Shown here one piece after another: positions 12,120 through 25,274 of a stretch of 64,000 nt of DNA; the first letter of the stretch is position 1, and each line of letters starts with the position of its first letter. The stretch is from Negaprion brevirostris. Taxonomy: Eukaryota. The stretch is taken from NCBI GenBank assembly GCA_030324005.1, contig JARDVH010000128.1:18346545-18410544 (forward strand). The letters are read 5' to 3'. The notes under the pieces are model-generated. The model was not told the DNA's origin and made no database searches. It worked only from the letters and a program-made list of their open reading frames with translations. The position numbers and the translations under genes were made by a program.

Positions 12120-13690
12120 TGGAGATTGGAGAAATCTGACTCCTGGTATTTCCATGACATGCTTGAAGATTGGAAGGTGGCAAATGTAGTGCCTTTATTT
12201 AAGAAGGGCTGCAGGGAAAAGCCTGAGAACTACAAGCCAGTGAGTTTAAAGTCTGTAGTGGGTAAGTTAGAATCATAGAATCCTAAAGTGCAGAAGGCGG
12301 CCGTTTGGCCTATCAAGTGTGCACCGACAATAATCCCACCCAGGCCCTATCCCCATAACCCCATGTAGCCACCCCCGCTAATTCTTCTAACCTACGCGTC
12401 CCAGGACTAAGGGTCAATTTAGCATAGCCCATGCACATCTTAGGACTGTGGGAGGAAACTGGAGCACCCGGAGGAAACCCAGGGAGAACACGCAAACTCC
12501 ACACAGACAGTAACCTAAGGTGGGAATCGAACCCAAGTTGTTGACGCTGTAATGCAGCAGTGCTATTATGTGCCACTGTGTCGCCCAGTTGTTAGAAGGT
12601 ATTCTGAGAGACAGAATCTCCAGGCATTTGGAGAGGTAAAGACGGATTAGGGACAGTCAGCATGGCTCTGTGAATGGAAAATCATGTCTCACGAATTTGA
12701 CTGAGTTTTTTGAAGGGGTCACCAAGAAGATAGATGAGGGCAGTGCAATCAACATTGTCTACATGGACTTCAGCAAAGCCACTGACAAGGTATTGCATTG
12801 TAGATTATTGCATAAGATTAAATCTCATGGGATCCAGTGTGAGACAGCCAATTGGATACAAGATTGGCTTGACAACAGAAGACAGGGACCAGTGCTGGGT
12901 CCACTGTTATTTGTTATTTATATTAATGATTTGGATGAGAATTTATGGGGCATAGTTAGTAAGTTTGCAGATGACACCAAGATTGGTAGCATAGTGGATA
13001 GTGAAGAAGGTTATCTAGGATCGCAATGGGATCTCGATCAATTGGGCCAGTGGGCCGATGAATGGCAGACGGAGTTTATATAGATGTGAGGTGATGCATT
13101 TTGGTAGATCAAACCAGGGCAGAACTTACTCAGTTAACGATAGGGCGCTGGGGAGAGCTACAGAACAAAGAGGTCTAGGGGTACAGATTCATAGCTCCTT
13201 GAAAGTGGAGTCACAGGTAGACAGGGTGGTGAAGAAGGTATTCGGCATGCTTGGTTTCATTAGTCAGAACACTGAATACAGGAGTTGCGACATCTTGTTT
13301 AAGTTGTACAAGACATTGGTAAGGCCACACTTGGAATACTGATTCCAATTCTGGTCACCCTATCATAAAAAGGATATTACTGAACTAGAAAACGTGCAGA
13401 GAAGATTTACTAGGATGCTACCAGGACTTGACAGTTTGAGTTATAAGGAGAGGCTGGATAAACTGGGGCTTTTTGCCTGGAATGCAGGAGGTGTGGAGTG
13501 ACCATATAAAGGTCTATAAAATAATCAGGGGCATAGTCAAGATAGATAGTCAACATCTTTTCCCAAAGGTGGCGGAGTCTAAATTAGAAGGTATAGGTTT
13601 AAGGTGAGAGGGGAGAGATATAAAAGTGTCCAGGGGGCAATTTTTTCACACAGAGGGTGGTGAGTGTCTGGAGCAAGCTGCCAGAGGTAG
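12120..13690 (+). mobile_element. CR1/HER1-like LINE ORF2 (reverse transcriptase) remnant, interrupted by a SINE
   Basis: DWKVANVVPLFKKG, GKSCLTNLTEFFE, YMDFSKA, GPVLGPLLF, KFADDTK and LYKTLVRPHLEY motifs, with frameshifts. Confidence 0.92.
12268..12586 (-). mobile_element. HE1-like SINE inserted in the CR1 RT
   Basis: Full SINE; the CR1 reading resumes after it (..VVGK / LLEGILRDRI..). Confidence 0.88.
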
Positions 13691-13829
13691 TAGTAGAGGC
13701 GGGTACAATTNNNNNNNNNNNNNNNNNNNNNNNNNNNNNNNNNNNNNNNNNNNNNNNNNNNNNNNNNNNNNNNNNNNNNNNNNNNNNNNNNNNNNNNNNN
13801 NNNNNNNNNNCTTTTGAAAATACACAGAA

Positions 13830-14190
13830 GTGCAGGCAAGATTGGGTTTAGCTGTGAAGTCCCTCACGAAAATGTCTTCCATAATCAAATACTACACTGA
13901 GTGTAACTGTAGTTGCTATGCAGGTAGATGTAGCAGTATGGGACAGCATCCCAAAGGCAGCAAGGAGAGCAATTCAATTAATTTCTTATTGCTGGCATTA
14001 ATTTAGAATGTTGGCCAGAAACCAAAAAATCTTTGCTCTCTTTGATTAGTGCGATAAGATCTTTAACATCTATTTGAACCACCAGAACAGAGAGATAATG
14101 TCTCCATTTAACATCTTATCCATAGGGCAGCATCTCCAACAGTGAAGCACTGCACCAGAGGGTCAGTCTAGATTATAGGTTTAGGATAAC
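13830..14190 (-). mobile_element. Deu-domain SINE (SacSINE1/AmnSINE-related), decayed
   Basis: Reverse complement reads gtgcttcactgttggagatgctgcc...gatgttaaa...gatgttaaagatc...gcacta..aaagagag, resembling the Deu core. Confidence 0.55.
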
Positions 14191-14445
14191 CCGCTTTGTG
14201 AATGATTCTCTTTCCACCTGGGGATTTATCAAGACTCTCCTCAGTAACTCCCGCTCGTACTCATAAGCTTTGCTACCTCTTTCTTGGGGTAACATGGCTG
14301 TGTGTCTGTCATTTCTTAATAATGCCACAGCGAACTTAATCATGTCCAGTCATTTATGAAGACAGGAGGCTGCAGAAACACAAACTTGAGTAGTCCTATG
14401 AAAATGAACAGCATTTCTCAAGAGTATAATGCTATTGTTTGTGTC

Positions 14446-14772
14446 GAATCATAGGACCATAGAATCCCTGCAGTGCAGAAGGAGGCAATTCAGCCCATTG
14501 AGTCTCCACCTACCATAATCCTACCCAGGCCCTATTCCCGTAGCCCTTCATACTTACCTTGCTAATCCCCTTGACACTCGGGTTAATTTAGCATGGCAAA
14601 TCAACCTAACCTGCACGTCTTTGGACTGTGGGAGGAAACTGGGCACCCAGAGGAAATCCACGCAGACAAGTGAGAATGTGCAAACTCCACACAGTCACCT
14701 GAGTCCGGAATTGAACACAGGTCCCTGGCACTGTGAAGCAACAGTGCTAACCACTGTGCCATTGTGCCACCA
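14446..14772 (-). mobile_element. HE1-like SINE
   Basis: Same head, core and tail as the other copies. Confidence 0.85.
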
Positions 14773-15099
14773 CACAACATTCTTGTAGTGGAGAGTAAAG
14801 GTATGGTAGAGATATTGAATAACTACATTGTCTCAGTTTTGACAGAGGTGTAGAAGAGTAGATGGAAGTTATTACTCAGACAAATTATACTAAGGAAGTT
14901 ATTCAAACTTGAAGTAGACAGATCAGTGGTGTCTCATCATCTGCATACAAAAAAACAGCAGAAAAATAAGCTTTGACACAATAAATTTAACTCCAATATA
15001 ATGTCCAATATAATTTATGTATAGAAAATTTACCCTTGCCTACCACAGAAGATCTTTGAATTTTTTGCAACTCTGAAGCCACGTGCAACACATCACCAC

Positions 15100-17300
15100 T
15101 GACCTGGGTGGTGTTTTCTGTCCAGCCCTTTTCAAAATGACCTGAATGTGTTGTTACAACTGAGGAGTCCCCAGTAATGGGGCTGGATGCACCCTTCCTA
15201 GCAGAGCCTGCTCAAGCTCATCAGCCAAAGGACAACCACCAAGGTCATTGTGACCCACCCAGACAGCAAAGCCAGCAGGCTGCTTCCAATACCGTTGTTA
15301 CCAGTGAGGAACATGAGCAGGGGTATGGGGTGGCAGCAGGTGGTGCACACCAAAATGCAGCATATGCAGATCTAACTTTAAGGCACTTTGGCAATAACAG
15401 GGACATGTCATGGTTGACATTATTTGTGTGCATTATTTTGAAATTTATGTTAGGAATGAGAACATTGAATGTTCGTTGTCTGTTCATTTTCTAGCTTTTC
15501 CCAACATCAGGATCTGCCAGGTGAAGGCAGCTCCCTGTAGCAGGTTATCCAGCAACAGAGAGTGCATGTCACACAAAGCCCCAAAGACATTGGTAGGACT
15601 GAAAGATCCCACCATTGGCCAATGGTTGGCTGCCTCTGCTGCCGGAAAACACACTGTGTGATATGGAGCAGGGGTGGGGGGGAGCAAAGAGAATCCTGTC
15701 CAAATGTTTATTTTGCTTTAATGGGCTGAGTTGCCTCAGGGCCAGATGCGGCACAGGCTTGTAACTGTAGAGTGTTTGTGGTGCTGGCATTTTGGGTTGG
15801 GTTATCATTTAATGATTGTTTACAATGGAGGTATTGCCATTGTCATGAGGAAACATCAGTTACTTGAATGCCTAGCCCAAAGTTTGCAGGATCAAAGCAT
15901 CTCTGATGTCCCTGCCTCCCTGAAAGTTCCTGTCACTTGCCTCAATCTCCTCAGCCTGCACCTCCCTGGACACTTCCTCATAAGCCACCTTCTCTGGCCT
16001 GTGGAGTTGCCTCACTTTCCTCAGCCTCCCTTGCCAGAGCCAGATTTTGAAGGGCATAGCATGCCCCGACTATGAGGGAGACTAAGGATACTGTAATGCT
16101 CCTTCGGATCAGTCTAGGCACCGGAAACACATCTCGAGCAGCCTGATGGTCCTTGCCTTGGGGTAGCATCACTCCTGTTGTATCTCTCCTCTGCCTCTTG
16201 GGCTCTTGGGTAACGCAGTGGGTCATGGGACATTTTTATCAAGGGATAACCCTCGTCACCGAACAGCTATCCATCCAGTTGTACAGGAGCCACGAACAGC
16301 CTTGTTACCTCTGAGCTGCCAGATTAATGGACACAAATTTGGAGAATCTATCCTGTGGTTATAGGCGACTCCTTAAGTTAACAAATGCTCCCACTCATCT
16401 GCTGGCTTTTTGATAGCCATATGAGTGCAATCTATTACAACCTGGATGAGGAGGAACCCAGCAATTGCTGCAAAGCGTCAGGTTCTCTTTGCCTGGATGG
16501 TGTCATTTGTCTGGGAGTGGACAAATATCCAGATATGTCTGAACATAACGTCAGCCACCAGCTTGGCACCAATATGTGCCGCTGATTGAAACATGAGACA
16601 CAGGTATTCCATTGAATCCTGAAAACAACTGGATGCGCAGAAGTTAAGGGCCTTCAAAGTTATTGTTGGGGAGTGTCCACCCTCAGCTGGAAGCAATTTC
16701 CAAACCAACCATGCGACATATTGCTGTCACTGTATCCCTAGAGAGGCAGAGCCTCCTGTAGCACTGGATGTCAGATATTTACAGGCAGTTGGACTGTAGA
16801 CTCTAGCCATTGGTTAATGGCATCTTTTATGGACCATACCGCCTTAACCTCCCTGCGAACCCGCACCAAATGAGCCCATGCCTCTGCTCTTAAAGGTCTC
16901 TCCCTGGGATGCTGGCCTTCTCCCCCTCCTGCTCTCTCTTCCTCTTCAGAGGAGGCCCTACCAGCTAAATACATTAGCCCCATTAAATGAGATGCACAAG
17001 AAGCAGTGCATGAGGGAGCACTGTGCTGCATTCCTTACTGAAACCTCCCAGCGAAGATGAGGTCCTAAAATGGAAAAAAGACAGGTGTGAAGCACTACTG
17101 AAATCCACATAAACTCTGGGACAAATCTGTAGACAGACAGCAACAAACACTCAAAGACAGAAAAAAGTGCTTGCCCTCTGGGGCACTTTTATCCCAACCT
17201 TAGATGAGAAAATGATGGACAATGTGTTTGCTGCCTTCATATTTTGGAAGAAGACCATCATCCCAGGCACTAATTATAGGCAGGGATCAGGTAACAGGGT
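15100..17300 (-). mobile_element. Decayed PIF/Harbinger DNA transposon, second copy (transposase remnant about 15870-16800 minus)
   Basis: TLKALNFCASSCFQ..LCLMFQSAAH (N-terminal HARBI1-like), GDEGYPL, ERYNRS and LLEMCFRCLD*SEGALQY; boundaries approximate. Confidence 0.75.
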
Positions 17301-18019
17301 ACATTCATTCACCCTCTCATCCAGAAAATAATTCATAGGTGAAATCTAAATTAATAAGTAAATCAGTGACATCTATGGAATACTAAATTCATGACTTAAA
17401 ACTCATTGGTATGAGAAAATGCAAGTGGAATCCTGCTTTAGAATCGTTATCAGCAGAGGCCTGGAAAGGATCTCTCAGCCACAGGGAGACCTACTGGGGA
17501 AAAGGAGAGGAAACGACTGAATAAAATAAATATATTCTGAAAAAAAATAAGAAGTAGAGAATTTGTTTTGTAGTACAGTTCAACTCAGAACACTCCTGTA
17601 TTCCAGTACTGACTGATATACGTTGAAGTGACAGTGGTGAATCAAATCCAACAGATCAAGTGGCATACAGGGTTCTGAAAGAACTACTTTGGAACAAATA
17701 CGCTGCAATTTTTTTTCAATAATCAGGTAACAAAGAGCAAGACTCTTACCACAGTTAATAACAGCATCAAAGTATCCTGGGAATTCCTGGTTCAGGCTGA
17801 TATACTTCTCAACTCTGGATGTGGCAAAATCAATTTGTGATTTGCTGTACAGCCCTCTCAGCTGCAATCTTCTCTGGTGTGCTGCTTTTCTCATTGGAAT
17901 CAGCAGAATGTATCGAGGCTCTAAGTATGTTTTCTTCAAGCTGAACACTCCCTAGTCAACGGCGGAATTAGAAACAAGTCACAATTTTATTCCTTCTCAT
18001 TCTAAAACACTCAGCTGCC

Positions 18020-18440
18020 TTCTTATCAGGAAAGATTGAGCAGATTGGGCCTGTATCCAGTGGAATTGAGAAGAATGAGAAGCGACCTTATTGAAACATA
18101 TGAGAAAGATCCTGAGAACACTTGACAGGATGACTGCTGAGAAGATTTTTCTGCTTCTGCTTTTGATACAGTTTCAAAATGAAGGGCCTTTCAATTCAGA
18201 ATGGAATGAGAATTGTTTTCTCTCAGAGGATCATCAATGTGTGGAACTTTCCTCCCCAGAGAACAATGGAAACTGAATCATTGAGTATTTCAGTTAGATT
18301 TTGATTGACCTGGGAGTCAGGGAGTAGAGATGCAGACAGAAAAGCTGAGATGTGGCCACGATTATTTAAGCCATGATCTTATTGAATATCAGAGCGGGCT
18401 CAAGGGACCAAATGCTCTACCCCTGCTCTGAATTCTTGTG
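18020..18440 (+). mobile_element. CR1-like LINE 3' fragment
   Basis: LGLYPVELRRMRSDLIETY-like C-terminal motif followed by CR1 3' UTR. Confidence 0.75.
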
Positions 18441-18659
18441 GATAGATTTCTAATTTTAAAAAGTGGAAGAATGGTTCAACTAAGGCAGCTATGTATGGTG
18501 AAGAGCCAAGGCTATGGTGTAGAACGGAAGGTAAGGAGATGTGGTGGAAAAGAGAATACTCATTAGATGCTCCTGATGGGTTTAAGGAAGTATTATAATT
18601 AAAGATTTTATAGTTGGGTACTTAAATAATCACATTTGATCAGGTAGGGCCAACGTAGC

Positions 18660-20000
18660 TTTGTGAGAGGGAATTCATGTTTAACTATTAGAGTTTATTG
18701 ACAAAGTATCATTGAAGGCGGATTAAGGGGAACCAGTAGATGTGGTATCCTTGGGTTCTAAAAGGGTACCTGATTTCCAATAGATATGGATTTAACCTGT
18801 TCAACCTTTCTTCGTAAGATAACACCTTCATCCCAGGGAGCCTTCTCTGAACTACTTCTAAAAAACTATATATATTTTTTAGATCAAAATTGCACACAGT
18901 ACTCCAGATGTGATCTCAACAGGGCACTTAGAGCAGTACACATCTAAGATAAGAACACATAGCGTAACATATCAGCATGGATAAAGGATTGGTTGGTTAA
19001 CAGGAAGCAGAAGGTAGGAACAAATTGGTCTTTTTTGGGTAGGCAAGCTGTAACTAATGGAGTGCTACTGGGATCAAAGCTGGGCCTTACCTATTTACAA
19101 TATCAATGATTCAGATGAAGGGAACAAATATAGGGTAGCTAAGTTTGCCGATGTCGCCAAGGCCTGAATTTTCAGAGCGGCAAGCTCTCGGCACCTACCA
19201 TCTTGAGAATGGGTGGAGAATGCAAATGCTGCTGACTCCAACAGGCTTGTTGACATTTTACGCTCAATTGAACTTTGACTGGCAGCAGGCAGGACCCTCA
19301 TTCAAGGGTGGATGGAAGTCTTGTCTTGAAGAGCTGTCAGCCAATCTAATTCTGGCCAAGAAAGCTAGAAAAATAGGTTGTCAAGAGGAGGTGCAGAGTT
19401 TGCAAAGTGAGTGAACAAAAATTTGGCAGATGGAGTAAAACATGGGTAAATATGAGTGTATCTATCTAGACAGGAAAACTAAAAACGCAGTATGCTATTT
19501 AAATGGAAAAAGATTTCAGAATCAGTGGTACAGAGGGACTTGATACAGGTGACACAGTGGTTAGCACTGTGGGTGGCACAGTGGTTGGCACTGCTGTCTC
19601 ACAGCACCAGGGACCCAGGTTCAATTCTGGCCTTGGGTCACTGTCTGTGTGGAGTTTGCACATTCTCTCCGTGTCTGTGTGGGTTTCCTCCCACAGTCCA
19701 AAGATGTGCAGGTTACACGGATTGGCCATGCTAAATTGACCCAATTGTCAGGGGGATTAGCAGGATAAATATGTGGGGTTATGGGAATAGGACCTGGGTG
19801 GGATTGTGGTCAGTGCAGACTCGATGGGTCTCTTTCTGCACTATAGGGATTCTAGGTGACCTGGTACATGAATCACATAATGTTAGTATTCAGGTACAGC
19901 AAATGACGAAGGAGGAAATTGGAATGTTGGCATTTGTAGCACGAGGAATGCAATAGAAAAATACGGAAGTTTTACAACAACTGTACAGAGTCTTGGTGAG
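18660..20000 (+). mobile_element. Old CR1-like RT remnant with nested insertions
   Basis: GEPVDVV, WLVNRKQKV and AKFAD remnants, broken by an inverted CR1 piece, a MITE-like segment and a SINE. Confidence 0.75.
19548..19854 (+). mobile_element. HE1-like SINE with duplicated 5' head
   Basis: ggtgacacagtggttagcactgt followed by gggtggcacagtggttggcactg; B box ggttcaattc. Confidence 0.85.
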
Positions 20001-20239
20001 ACTGTGGGGGCGATCATAATGGTGCACTCCACCAGCTGATGGGTGGGACAAGCCGGTAAAATCGAGCAAGAGCCAAGAAATCAGGTTCATGCTTAATGTC
20101 TTGCCTCTCGCGACCTTACCAGCACCATATATCTGGCAAGATCAGCCTCATGCCCATTTCCATCGTTAGGCTGAATAAATTATTTAAATTAAATTTCAAT
20201 ACCATTTACATGGCAACAGCAAGCCCAGGACTCAATCGT

Positions 20240-20845
20240 CCAGGCTCACTTGAATACAAGATTTGGGATGTCTTGTTAATGTTCTACAAAACATTGGTAA
20301 GGCCACACTCGGAGTACTGTATACAGTTTTGGTCACCCTATTATAGAAAGGAAACTAGAAAGAGTACAGAAAAGATTTACTAGAATGCTATGGGAATTTG
20401 ATGGATTGAGTTATAAGGAGAAGCTGGATAGACTGGGACTTTTTTCTCTGGAGCGTAGGAGGCTAAGGGGTGATCTTATAGAGGTCTAGAAAATAATGAG
20501 GGGGCACAGATCAGCTAGATAGTCAATATCTTTTCCCAAAGCTAGGGGAATCTAAAACTAGAGGGCATAGGTTTAAGGTGAGAGGGGAGAGCTATAAAAG
20601 TGTCCAGAGGGACAATTCTTTCACATAGAGGGTGGTGAGTGTCTGGAGCAAGCTGCCAGAGGTAGTAGTAGAGGCGGGTACAATTTTGTCTTTTAAAAAG
20701 CATTTGGACAGTTACATGGATAAGATTGGTGAAGGAGGATACGGGCCAAACATGAGCAATTAGGACTAGTGTAATGATAAAAACTGGGCAGCATGGGCAA
20801 TTTGGGACGAAGGGCCTGTTTCCACACTGTAAACCTCTACGACTT
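20240..20845 (+). mobile_element. CR1/HER1-like LINE 3' end
   Basis: FYKTLVRPHSEYCIQFWSPYY; highly similar to 13270-13690. Confidence 0.88.
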
Positions 20846-23684
20846 TAAGGGAGATAAGATCAGAAGTTTGGTTAAATGCTGTATTTTGTTCAGATCTATA
20901 TTGAGAACCTATTTTAAACCAAACTATGCACAAACTATTCCAAATGACTTTTTCACTCCAGGGCAGGTTAAATATTTAAGTGTTTATTTGTGCTCTGTGC
21001 CAGTGGGGTTACAAGCAGCAACATAGGCTATTTCTGTGCCTCATTCATTGGATGGAATTTTACTGACCTGCTGCTACGGGAATTGTAGCAGGCAAGGGGC
21101 AGAAAATGGAAAGGTCTGTTGACCTCGGGCGGGATTTTATGATTTTGGGATGATAAAGCCCCGCCCACTGTCAATCATGAGTCTCTTTTTCACCACACCA
21201 TCCCTCCAAAAATAAATCAATATATCCTTGTTATATTAGAAACTTTTAACAGAATGGAATACCTTGGCAATAGTTTTAGGACATCAGTCTAATTATGTCA
21301 ATGATTAATCACCATCAGTCTATGAACGACTGATGTAATAAGGAGAAAGGTTTTCACTTGGATTTCAGCTTGAAGTGAGTGGTTCTAATATTTTCCTCAT
21401 GCACAGACAATGTCAGATACAATTCATATCACAATTATTGAAATCTAGGGAATACACAGCAACAATATTTGATGTTTTTTTGAATGTCAAACTATATGTC
21501 ATTAAATATGTTCAAAGCTGAGATAGCGATAAGATTGGAATGATTTGTTTAAAAAAAAACCATGAAATGGGGAGAGTGAATTAAATGGAAAAGGAAATTG
21601 GGATGCAAATAAATCAGGGCACCAATGGGAACTAACAAATCAAATCTTGGTACACAAACCTCTGCATTCAATGAAGAAATACAAGAATGAGCAAAGATAT
21701 TCCAGAAACAAAACTGATTCAAAACAAATATAATTTTATCAACTTGAATTCCATCGTTTAGTTCTGCCATTAATTATTTCACACTTGTCTAAGATTGGTG
21801 GACGTATTGCCCTTTTTTGCTCCCTTAATATTTCATGCCAGGCTAAGTAGTTCCTGTGGGCAAGACAGCAGATAGGCTGTCCATTCCCAAGCCACAGTTC
21901 TAGGTCTTCGGCATAATTATAGCTATAATAATTATCACTCGGTCCATTGAGTCTCTGTCAGTGCTTTTAAAAAGCAATTCAATTAACTCCCGCTGTGCTG
22001 CACTTCCTCCATATCCCTGCAATTGCTTCTCTTTCAAGTATTTATCCAACCACCCACATCAGGTAGTGCATTCTGAATCCTGACTACTCGTCACATAAAA
22101 CTGTTTTTTCCTCACATTACCACTGTTCTTTTGCCATTCAATTATCAGCCCTTCAAATATTCCTTTATTTAAACCCATCAGGACTTCAGTAGCTCCATCA
22201 AGTCTCCCTTAGCCTTCCCTGCTCCAAGAACAATGCCAGCTTCTTCAGTCCATCCACATAAATGTCCCTTATTTCATAAATATGAGTCTGAAGTTACATG
22301 TAGGTAAGGACTGCAGATTTCCTTCCCTGAAGGACATTAGTAAAACAAATTGGCTTTTCTGACAATCGACAATGGCTTAATGTTCATCAGTAGATTCTTA
22401 ATTACAGATTTTTAAAAAAAATTGAATTCAAATTGCACCATCTGCCGTGGTGGGATTTAAATCCAGGTCTTCAGAAAATTTGATGAGTTTCCAGGTTAAT
22501 ATTCTAGCAACAATACCATCAAGCCTTCACCTCCCCTTCATCATGGAGTGCATTAGACCTGAACTTGATCCTGTTTTCAATAAACTGGCAAAAGAATGCC
22601 CTTTCTAGGGGTTGATGATTAGGAGTCAGAAGCAGAAGTCCCATCCGATCCCCAACCCTGGGGTGCTAGTCAACACTAGCTCTTGACAGCTCCAACAGTT
22701 AAAATCTGAATCTATTTTCTGATTTTACTACTCCAGTTCTAAAAGTATGCAAGCACAATACACCTCACATCAGATAAAGTCGCTCCAATTAGATTATGCC
22801 AGCACCCTAAGCCTCTTTGGTACAATAATGATCTTTTTGGTACAATAATGATTTGGCAATATATCACCATCTTTAAAAGGACTTTATCTATAAACAGGAC
22901 CTTTATTTAGAAAATAATGAATTTGAAAGTTTGCAGAGTGGTTTGATCTATACAATAAAACCAAGTGGGAACATACAAAGTGCAAAAAAATTGTTCTGGC
23001 ATGCTGTTTTTGTGCTTCAATCACTGTCAAATCTTTCTCTTCCACCAGGTGGTGGAAGTATTTTAAAAACAAAATCAACAAATCTCTTATTTTTGAAACT
23101 TTCAATGCAATGGGTTATAAACATGTTGGCAGCAGTTTTGGAAAATTTATTTAATTATGTCTAAAATTAGTCAAAAACAGTCTGTGAACAGTTCATGCCA
23201 TGAGGAGAAAGAGATTTTCACCTGGATCTTGGTTTGGAACAAAAGTGTTATAATTTCTTTCTCTCTCACAATGACAGCAGATTCAATTTATGTCACAGCA
23301 TGTTTTAATGTCGAGAAGGTACACAGCAAGACTCATGGATGGTTTTTGAATGTCTAATTCTATACAAGCGACTTGTGCATGAGCAAGATATACACACTAA
23401 CAGGCAGAAATTCCAGCAGATGGCTGGATATTCTTTTGCACATCAATANNNNNNNNNNTCAAGATCTCAAGAACAGAATGGAATTCAAACCATAAGTCTA
23501 TGTATTGCACGTTCTAGCATGGTCCAGTTCTTTGTTTAAATACAGGGTTAGGTAGAAGTACCATTCATATGTAATCATTCCTATATAACAATTTGGGGGG
23601 TGGGAGCAGGAACAGAGAGAGAAAAAAAAGTAGTGCTGAGAGAATTTCAAACCAAAGCAAAACAAAAAGCAAAAAGCCCCTCAC

Positions 23685-23741
23685 CACATCAGTGCTGAGC
23701 CATTCTTCAACGTCATCCATGATAGACTGTGCGACAGGAAT
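23685..23741 (-). CDS. TOM1L2: TOM1L2 exon 13, 57 nt: IPVAQSIMDDVEEWLSTDV (myosin VI-binding motif region)
   Basis: tgtag acceptor with long pyrimidine tract, gtgag donor, symmetric phase 0-0. Confidence 0.95.
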
Positions 23742-25274
23742 CTACACAGTGACGGGAAAACCAAACCAGACAAAGTAAACATAACATAAAAAAAGAAACT
23801 TATAACGGGAATGCAAAAATTCAAGATCCACAAAAAAGATAATTCACGGAAATATAAAACAGCAATAATAGAATTCATAATTTAAAAAAAATCAAGATTT
23901 AACAATGAAAATGGGTACATGAACCAACTGAGGGCACAATTGTGGAGAGAAACAAAGATGGCCCTCAATGAGGAATACACTGGAGAAAACACTACATGGC
24001 CACTTCTTTTAAAAAAGTTTTCTTCAAAACAATAAAGAATGGTACATGTATTTTGAAAAGCTACTCTATTTATATGGTTACCATCATATTGGAAACAGCA
24101 CACTGAATGGGAAGTGGGATTGTTTTGTCAACAATCCATGGGGTTTAGCTATGTTGAGGGATATCAAGTGTCCTGCCTCCATTTTGATGGGCTTTGCAGA
24201 GTTGTATCACTGCTTGTATCTTTTTCCAGAACATAGCATTGGTATGTGTTCGTGGCTGCCTGATACTGAGTTGCAGGTGGCATTTGTATTATAATGTTAC
24301 TCAGAGATGCTGTTTTAAGAAAATATGGGTGATACAGCATTTTAGGGTTCACGCAGTGAGCCAGAGAGTGTATGGTATGCACTTTGAGATCCCCATATAG
24401 TGAGTTTTTAATGTGACCCATGATGGTAGGTGAGGCATGATGGCGCAGTAAGGCATTTCCCCATAGAAATGGTGTATTACTGATTTTTAAAAAGCAACAA
24501 ATTAGGAGATTTTCTGACCTTGCCACACTCGGCACAAATCCCGGAGAATAGAGTGCGGGGCTAAAAATTGGCTTTGTGCCCATGCCAAACAGTTTGCAAT
24601 CATTCCAGTCCCCCTCTAATGACACAAACTGGATCAGGGTATGAGACCGATTGGCAGAGTTAAAGTAGCATTTAAATATGCATAGCCTGTTCAACATTGG
24701 ATTCTCTAGGACCTTCCAATCTTTGGGTGTGATGTGAAATGGATGAGAATCACTCCTGGTCTCCATTAGCGGGTGGCCACACTAGGGGGCTTGGAAGCCA
24801 TTGAAGCCCTTGGTGGTCAGGGATACGGCCGGGCAGTACCCATCAGGCAGTGGCCTCTTCATACATTGTCAAATGGGCATTACCAACCTGGCAGTGCTGG
24901 TGTGCTAGGGCAGTGCCAAAGGGCCTGAGGGGGACATGTCAGTGGACCCACTGACAGGGCCCCAGTGCCAGAAATCTATGTCAGGAAGGGGCTGGGGAAA
25001 CATGCTGCCGATGCAGGGTCCAATGTTCGGGGGTGTGTGTGCATGTGTGTGTGATGTGTGTGGTAGTGCCAGCTACTAAATCTCTTATTTCTTCCGCAGC
25101 ACCACCTAATATACATTTTGAAATATTCAGATTTATTTCCTCATATGAAACATTTTTTTAATATTTACAACTTCCATTAAGAAATCCAATGTTCCTCCTA
25201 GTTGTATGGTTTTGTGTTGGGAAGTCACTTTAGCCTGAACTCACCTGCTTACATATCCTGGTCCCCTCCTGTCA

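Noticed and set aside
19548-19640. tRNA-like A/B box sequences here and at other SINE heads
   Set aside because: They continue into SINE core and tail sequence; they are not tRNA genes.
22814-22852. 20-bp tandem duplication (tttggtacaataatgat x2)
   Set aside because: Simple two-copy slippage with no further structure.
24164-24766. 200-codon ORF on minus
   Set aside because: It spans MITE-like and other repeat sequence, has no recognisable domain and has low-information composition.
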